42,202 bases of DNA. Source: Capsulimonadales bacterium. GTDB lineage: Bacteria > Armatimonadota > Armatimonadia > Armatimonadales > Armatimonadaceae. Below the pieces are notes generated by a model. The model made no database searches and was not told the DNA's origin. It saw only the letters and a list, made by a program, of their open reading frames with translations. Location of the stretch: assembly GCA_033762295.1 (NCBI GenBank), contig JANRLW010000096.1:1-42202 (forward strand), in the 5' to 3' direction. Below are positions 37,369-42,202 of the stretch, piece by piece (the first letter of the stretch is position 1; each line of letters starts with the position of its first letter). The position numbers were made by a program, and so were the translations under genes.

Positions 37369-38400
37369 ATGCGCCCACCCCCCGACCTGTCCGACGACCG
37401 GTTGATCGAGACTCTTCGAATCACCTACGGTCTTTCGATCGCCGCTCTGCACTTCCTTCCGATCGGTTACGACCCGAAGGCTTTCGTCTTCCGGGCGACG
37501 GCGACCGGCGGGGTGGACTGGTTCGTGAAGGTTCGGATCGGGGCATTCTCCGAGGCCGGTTTACGTGTTCCGGCGTTGCTCGCCGAGAGCGGAGTCCCCC
37601 ACCTCCTGCCGCCCCGTCCCGCCCTCTCCGGCGCGCTTTTCGGCACCGTCGACGATCTTTCCGTCGCCGTCTACCCGTATATTCATGGGGAAAACGCCAT
37701 GAAGCGCGGATTGTCCGAAGAGCAGTGGCGCACGTTCGGGCGAACCCTGCGCGCGATCCACGACGGCGGGTTCGCGGACCGGCTACGCGGACAACTGCCC
37801 GAGGAAACGTTCTCGTTGCCGAACGCGCCGTCGGTACGTCATCTGTCCGAGAAGGGACGCACGGCCATGGCGACCGGTCCGGCGGCGACGGCGTTCGCCC
37901 GGTTCTGGGACGACCATGCCGCCCGGATCGACGAACTGCGGACTCGCGCCGAGGCACTCGGCAGGATTCTCCGCTCCCGCCGGTGGGAATTGGTTCTCTG
38001 CCACGCCGATATCCATGCCGCGAACCTTCTCATCGATGAAAACGAGAATCTTTATCTGATCGACTGGGACGCGCCCCTGCTCGCGCCGCGGGAACGCGAC
38101 TTCCTTTTCGTGGTCGGTTCGCAGATCGCCCGACGCGTCACCCCCCGTGAGGAGTCCCGGTTTTTCGACGGATACGGTGAAACGTCGATCGACCGGGCCG
38201 CCCTGACCTATTTCCGTTACGAGCGCATCCTGGAGGATATCGGCGAGATCGCGCCCCGCGTTCTGGGAGACCCGAACCAGGACGAGACCGCGAGACAGGC
38301 CGAGGCCGATCTCCTTCGCGGCTTCTTCGCCCCCGGCGGCAGCGTCGAATCGGCCATCGCCGGGGACCCCGGAGGATGGTCAGGCAGCGGTTTCGTCTGA
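37369..38400 (+). CDS. Aminoglycoside phosphotransferase family kinase, APH(9) (spectinomycin kinase)-like
   Basis: Brenner motif VLCHADIHAANLL, LIDWDAPLLAPRERD, FFDGYG, YFRYERILEDI. Confidence 0.82.
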   Translation: MRPPPDLSDDRLIETLRITYGLSIAALHFLPIGYDPKAFVFRATATGGVDWFVKVRIGAFSEAGLRVPALLAESGVPHLLPPRPALSGALFGTVDDLSVAVYPYIHGENAMKRGLSEEQWRTFGRTLRAIHDGGFADRLRGQLPEETFSLPNAPSVRHLSEKGRTAMATGPAATAFARFWDDHAARIDELRTRAEALGRILRSRRWELVLCHADIHAANLLIDENENLYLIDWDAPLLAPRERDFLFVVGSQIARRVTPREESRFFDGYGETSIDRAALTYFRYERILEDIGEIAPRVLGDPNQDETARQAEADLLRGFFAPGGSVESAIAGDPGGWSGSGFV

Positions 38401-38787
38401 CGGCAGCGGGGCGAAAATATCGACCGTGTTCTCGTCGGGATCGAGCAGGACGGCGTACCGCTGCCCCCAGAACGCATCCCACGGTTCGCGATGCCCGCGA
38501 AAGCCCGCCGCGATCATCCGCTCGTAGGTGGCATCCACTTCCGTCGGCGAATCGCATTTGTAGGCCAGGGAGATACGGTTCGATCCTCCCGGCCGAAAAT
38601 CGGGGTCCATGCCGCGTACCATCTCCTCGGAGTTCCAGGAGATCCGGTAGCCGTTCGGCGTGATGACTTCGACGTAAGGTTCCCCTTCGTTCCCCATCGG
38701 GATTTCCAGACCCAGGGTCCGATAAAACGCCAGCGATCGCTCCATATCCCGCGCGACGATTCCGACCATATCCGGCAACAAGGCCAT
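38380..38787 (-). CDS. VOC/glyoxalase/bleomycin-resistance family protein
   Basis: DMERSLAFYRTLG, EVDATYERM, PWDAFWGQRYAVLLDPDEN. Confidence 0.9.
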   Translation of the reverse strand: MALLPDMVGIVARDMERSLAFYRTLGLEIPMGNEGEPYVEVITPNGYRISWNSEEMVRGMDPDFRPGGSNRISLAYKCDSPTEVDATYERMIAAGFRGHREPWDAFWGQRYAVLLDPDENTVDIFAPLPSDETAA

Positions 38788-38863
38788 AGCGCGCCCTCTT
38801 TCCGCCGCCCGACGCGGCCCGGTTTCATTTTACCGCTCCCCAACAAACCTCCGGACGATGCCC

Positions 38864-38893
38864 TTGACATTTAAGAAAATACTAAAGTATAAT
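38864..38893 (+). promoter_or_regulatory. Consensus sigma-70 promoter giving a probable leaderless arsR transcript
   Basis: TTGACA (38864-38869), an 18-nt spacer, TATAAT (38888-38893), and ATG at 38900 with no Shine-Dalgarno. Confidence 0.75.
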
Positions 38894-38899
38894 GTCGAT

Positions 38900-39226
38900 A
38901 TGAGTCGTTCCGCTGTCCCTGCCGACGTGTTTCAGGCCATCGCCGATCCGACCCGACGCCGGATTCTTTCACGGCTTTGTGAGTCGACCGAAGTGACGGC
39001 GTCGGAACTGGCCGCGCCGTTCGGGATGACCCAGTCAGCGGTCTCGCAGCATCTGAAGGTTCTGCGCGACGCGCGGCTGGTGGTCGTGACGCCGCACGGA
39101 CGCGAACGCCGGTATCGTCTGAACGCCCATCCCCTGTACGAGGTCGCCGTCTGGATTAACGCCTACTCCCGCTTCTGGGATGAGCGGCTTGCCGGCCTGG
39201 GCGACCTGCTGGAGAACGAACCATGA
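38900..39226 (+). CDS. ArsR/SmtB family transcriptional regulator
   Basis: DVFQAIADPTRRRIL, MTQSAVSQHLKVLRDARLV, GRERRYRLN, FWDERL. Confidence 0.93.
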   Translation: MSRSAVPADVFQAIADPTRRRILSRLCESTEVTASELAAPFGMTQSAVSQHLKVLRDARLVVVTPHGRERRYRLNAHPLYEVAVWINAYSRFWDERLAGLGDLLENEP

Positions 39227-39831
39227 GGCGCATTCCCGCGGTCCATCCGCTCCCGCTGTCGGTCACGCGCACGACCTTCTACGCCCATCCGCCCGAAAAG
39301 GTCTGGCGGGCGTTAACGGATCACCGTCAGCTGTCGCGGTGGCTGCTGCCGATCACGACCGACATCCGTCCCGAACCGGGGTTCCGTTTCCGGTTTTCCT
39401 CCGGCGCTTCGGTCCCCTCCGGAGTCGTCGCCTGCGAGGTGCTGGAAGCTGAGCCGGGCCGTCATCTGTCCTTTACGTGGCAGACGGAGCCGGACGAACC
39501 GCCGACACGCGTCTCCTGGACCCTGGAACCGACCGAGGGTGGGACGTTGCTGCACCTGGACCATCGTCTCCCGACCAACACCGTATCGCACCGCGCCGCG
39601 CTTCGCGAAGGCGTCGATCGTCTGATTCTTCTGCTCGGAGGTTACCGAAATGTCCCTTATTCCGTACGTTGTCGAGAGTTCGCCGCAGGGCGAGCGTTCG
39701 TACGACATCTACTCGCGCCTGCTGAAGGACCGAATTATCTTCATCGGACACGCGGTCGACGACCACATCGCCAACTCGGTGGTCGCCCAGTTGCTCTTTC
39801 TGGAGAAGCAGGACCCCGACGCCGACATTGA
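39223..39831 (+). CDS. SRPBCC (AHSA1/CalC-like) domain protein; ORF runs 182 bp into clpP
   Basis: ATGA overlap with ars[13 protein letters not shown]...[28 protein letters not shown]. Confidence 0.85.
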   Translation: MRRIPAVHPLPLSVTRTTFYAHPPEKVWRALTDHRQLSRWLLPITTDIRPEPGFRFRFSSGASVPSGVVACEVLEAEPGRHLSFTWQTEPDEPPTRVSWTLEPTEGGTLLHLDHRLPTNTVSHRAALREGVDRLILLLGGYRNVPYSVRCREFAAGRAFVRHLLAPAEGPNYLHRTRGRRPHRQLGGRPVALSGEAGPRRRH

Positions 39832-40228
39832 CCTCTACATCCATTCGCCCGGAGGCGTGGTAACGGCGGGTCTGGCGATGTACGACGCCATGCACACCGT
39901 GAAGCCGGACATCGCGACCTTCTGCATCGGGCAGGCGGCGTCGATCGCGGCGGTTCTGTTCGCCGGGGGAACGAAAGGCAAGCGGTATGTCCTGCCCTCG
40001 GCGCGTCTCCTGATCCATCAGGCGAGCGGCGGTTTCCAGGGGACCGCGCTCGATATCGACGTTCAGGCGCGGGAGGTGCTGGCGGTCAATGACAAACTGG
40101 CCCGGCTCCTGGCGAAGGACACGGGCCAGTCTTTGGAACGGATCAAGGCGGACATTCAGCGCGACTACTTCATGTCCGCCGAGGAATCGATCGCTTACGG
40201 CCTCGCCGACCGGATACTGGTCCGCTGA
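39650..40228 (+). CDS. clpP: ATP-dependent Clp protease proteolytic subunit
   Basis: [27 protein letters not shown]. Catalytic triad in GQAASIA, IHQASGG and RDYFMSA. GGAGG RBS. Confidence 0.96.
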   Translation: MSLIPYVVESSPQGERSYDIYSRLLKDRIIFIGHAVDDHIANSVVAQLLFLEKQDPDADIDLYIHSPGGVVTAGLAMYDAMHTVKPDIATFCIGQAASIAAVLFAGGTKGKRYVLPSARLLIHQASGGFQGTALDIDVQAREVLAVNDKLARLLAKDTGQSLERIKADIQRDYFMSAEESIAYGLADRILVR

Positions 40229-41140
40229 TCACTCCCGCCGCTCCGAGAATGTCTCCGGCAGGACGTCGGGCGAGCAGAGGCCATTTCCTATGTCGAACCA
40301 GTCGCGCAAAAGCGCCACGACCCCGGGTTTCCCCTCCCCGATAAAACGCGCTCGACGCTCTCGATACGCGGCGAGAATCCGTTCGGCCTTTGCCTTCAGG
40401 ATTCGGTCCGTCTCCCCGGTCCGGAATCCTTTGGGCACCGCGTAGACGAAATGTCCGGTCGGGGCCTTGAAGACCGGGATCTGGACAAAATCCCGCTCGA
40501 CAAATTTGCCGGTCCGTTTCTGCTCCTCGGCGGCGGTCACAAAGAAATCGACCGCTTCCGGCGGGTAGCCATAGAGATAGCCCAGGCCACGGTTTCGCGC
40601 CGTTGTCGGATCGTTTTCGATCGTCACGGCGACCGATAACGGGTCGGTCGTGGGGGTAATACCGAACGGCGCGAAGAACCCACGGTGCCGGGTGATCGCA
40701 TCCCGGAGCGCCGGTCGGTGGAATACCACCGCTTCCAGATAACGCGTGCCTTTGTCGACGGTATGAAACGGCAGCAGTTCCGCATGGAAAACATCGCCGC
40801 ACCGGAAGGTCGCCAGGATCTGACGGGCCTCCGCCAGCGGACCCACCTCCGGGTTTCGGACGGAGATACGGAACTGCGCGAAACCGCTGCTCATCGGCTT
40901 GAGTCCTCCGATGATCGTAAAAAGCGCCTCCGAATCGAGCAGTTCCAGAAGCATCTTTTCCGCCCCGGTACGGAGTTCGGCGGGCAGTTCCTCCAGGGGA
41001 AAGCAGGCTTCCTTCGGGACGGCTTTCCGGACCCGGTCGGCGCTCGGGGTCGCGTTCGACGGCGCGGGCACTTCCTGCGCAAGCACGACGGGCGACCAGC
41101 CGAGCAGCAGCCAGAGACAGAGAATCAACCGTAATTGCAT
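40229..41140 (-). CDS. Secreted hypothetical protein
   Basis: Signal peptide MQLRLILCLWLLLGWSPVVLA|QE. Coherent 303-aa ORF starting 18 bp after the pilin-like gene stop. GYLYGYP motif. Confidence 0.75.
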   Translation of the reverse strand: MQLRLILCLWLLLGWSPVVLAQEVPAPSNATPSADRVRKAVPKEACFPLEELPAELRTGAEKMLLELLDSEALFTIIGGLKPMSSGFAQFRISVRNPEVGPLAEARQILATFRCGDVFHAELLPFHTVDKGTRYLEAVVFHRPALRDAITRHRGFFAPFGITPTTDPLSVAVTIENDPTTARNRGLGYLYGYPPEAVDFFVTAAEEQKRTGKFVERDFVQIPVFKAPTGHFVYAVPKGFRTGETDRILKAKAERILAAYRERRARFIGEGKPGVVALLRDWFDIGNGLCSPDVLPETFSERRE

Positions 41141-41158
41141 TCTTTGGCCTGTGTTCCC

Positions 41159-42094
41159 TCAACGACCGGTGGTTTTGTTCAGGGCGAAGAAGTAGTTATA
41201 CCGGGGAATGTTCGGGTCGTCGGGAACGATGGCGTTCGGCAGCGGTACCGGGCTCAGTTCCCCGAGTTGACGGGCACGCCGCGCCTCGAATACCGCACCG
41301 GCGGTCGCCGCCCGATACATCGGCCGCAGGGACTTGACGTGCCCGTCCGCCCAGAGTACGTTCGCCACCTCGCCGCTATGTCGTCCGTGGACCCGGTTTG
41401 AGAACCCGACCGTTCCCATGTCCTGGCTCCCATTGATTGGCGTAAAACTGAACGGAGGATACAGGAAAATCGCTTTGGTCAGACGGGTCCCGATCAGGTT
41501 GGCGGCGTTTGCCATCAGAACGGTGCTGCTCGGTTCTTCGAGAGCGGCCAGGACGGTGATGGTGGGAAGCGGCGCGTTCCGCAGGTCGGGGAACAGCAGC
41601 GGGAACACGGCATAGCCGGGGACCTGCTGTCCGTTGCGCCAGTTGGTGAAGGTCGGCGGGATATGGGTCGCATTGGGGTCATCGAGCAACTGCGCGTTCT
41701 TCATATACGGTGTGAGCAGGCCGTCATTGACATCGAAATAGAGATTACAGGAGGTGCCCGGGCAGGGCGCCGTCGAATACGGCGGGGCATTGTAGGGCGC
41801 GGTGTTTGCCGCCCAGCTGGAACCGAACCAGTAGCGATTGTTGAGTGTTGAGACCGTGTTGGCGCGGACCGCGTAGGGGACCACGCACTCATCGTAATCC
41901 TGCGCGTACATCAGGTAGGCCAGTCCGATCTGTTTCAGGTTGTTCAGGTCCACGGTCTGTCGGGCTTTGGCGCGGGCCTGAGCGAAGACGGGGAACAGTA
42001 TGGCTGCCAGTATCGCGATGATTGCGATAACGACGAGCAGTTCGATCAGCGTGAAACCCTTACGGGCAGATGCGCGATGTATAGGCATTTTCAT
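41159..42094 (-). CDS. Prepilin-type N-terminal cleavage/methylation protein with DUF1559 region and H-X10-DG variant
   Basis: [69 protein letters not shown]. Confidence 0.92.
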   Translation of the reverse strand: MKMPIHRASARKGFTLIELLVVIAIIAILAAILFPVFAQARAKARQTVDLNNLKQIGLAYLMYAQDYDECVVPYAVRANTVSTLNNRYWFGSSWAANTAPYNAPPYSTAPCPGTSCNLYFDVNDGLLTPYMKNAQLLDDPNATHIPPTFTNWRNGQQVPGYAVFPLLFPDLRNAPLPTITVLAALEEPSSTVLMANAANLIGTRLTKAIFLYPPFSFTPINGSQDMGTVGFSNRVHGRHSGEVANVLWADGHVKSLRPMYRAATAGAVFEARRARQLGELSPVPLPNAIVPDDPNIPRYNYFFALNKTTGR

Positions 42095-42115
42095 TTCCTT
42101 CCTTTCAGAAACTTA

Positions 42116-42136
42116 TAATGCAACTCTGTTGCATTA
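42116..42136. promoter_or_regulatory. Perfect palindrome, candidate transcription-factor operator
   Basis: TAATGCAAC-TCT-GTTGCATTA, 21 bp upstream of the pilin-like start codon. Confidence 0.55.
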
Positions 42137-42202
42137 ATCAACGTAGGAGTTGTGTTCTTTCCTTTTTTCCGCGCAGCTCCTGGCGAAGTCGTCGTCCTCC
42201 GC

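Overview
This is a GC-rich bacterial chromosomal window. It is most likely from Armatimonadota, an inference from three '[28 protein letters not shown]' pilin-like H-X9-DG genes plus a PVC-style PSD1/DUF1501 pair. It begins with the housekeeping cinA-thpR-recA operon and continues as a mosaic of accessory genes. These include a GtaA/DUF4965-type secreted enzyme, an ECF sigma factor with a four-CxxC C-terminal extension, a LarA-family protein, a Tat-exported Gfo/Idh/MocA plus HEAT-repeat pair, and an FG-GAP protein. Also present are a serine hydrolase broken by one in-frame TAA, two PhyH-type dioxygenases (one lacking the usual Fe-binding Asp), an Agl23/PMT-like glycosyltransferase with a discoidin partner, and tRNA-Gln(UUG). 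The right part holds a tandem roadblock/LC7-like pair behind a near-consensus sigma-28 promoter, an APH(9)-like kinase and an ArsR-SRPBCC-clpP operon. I saw no CRISPR array, integrase or transposase. All family calls come from motif recognition by eye, not database searches. The best candidates for undescribed systems are the sigma-28-driven roadblock pair, the ArsR-SRPBCC-ClpP operon, the Zn-ribbon ECF/pilin-like unit, and the three pilin-like gene plus exported partner cassettes.
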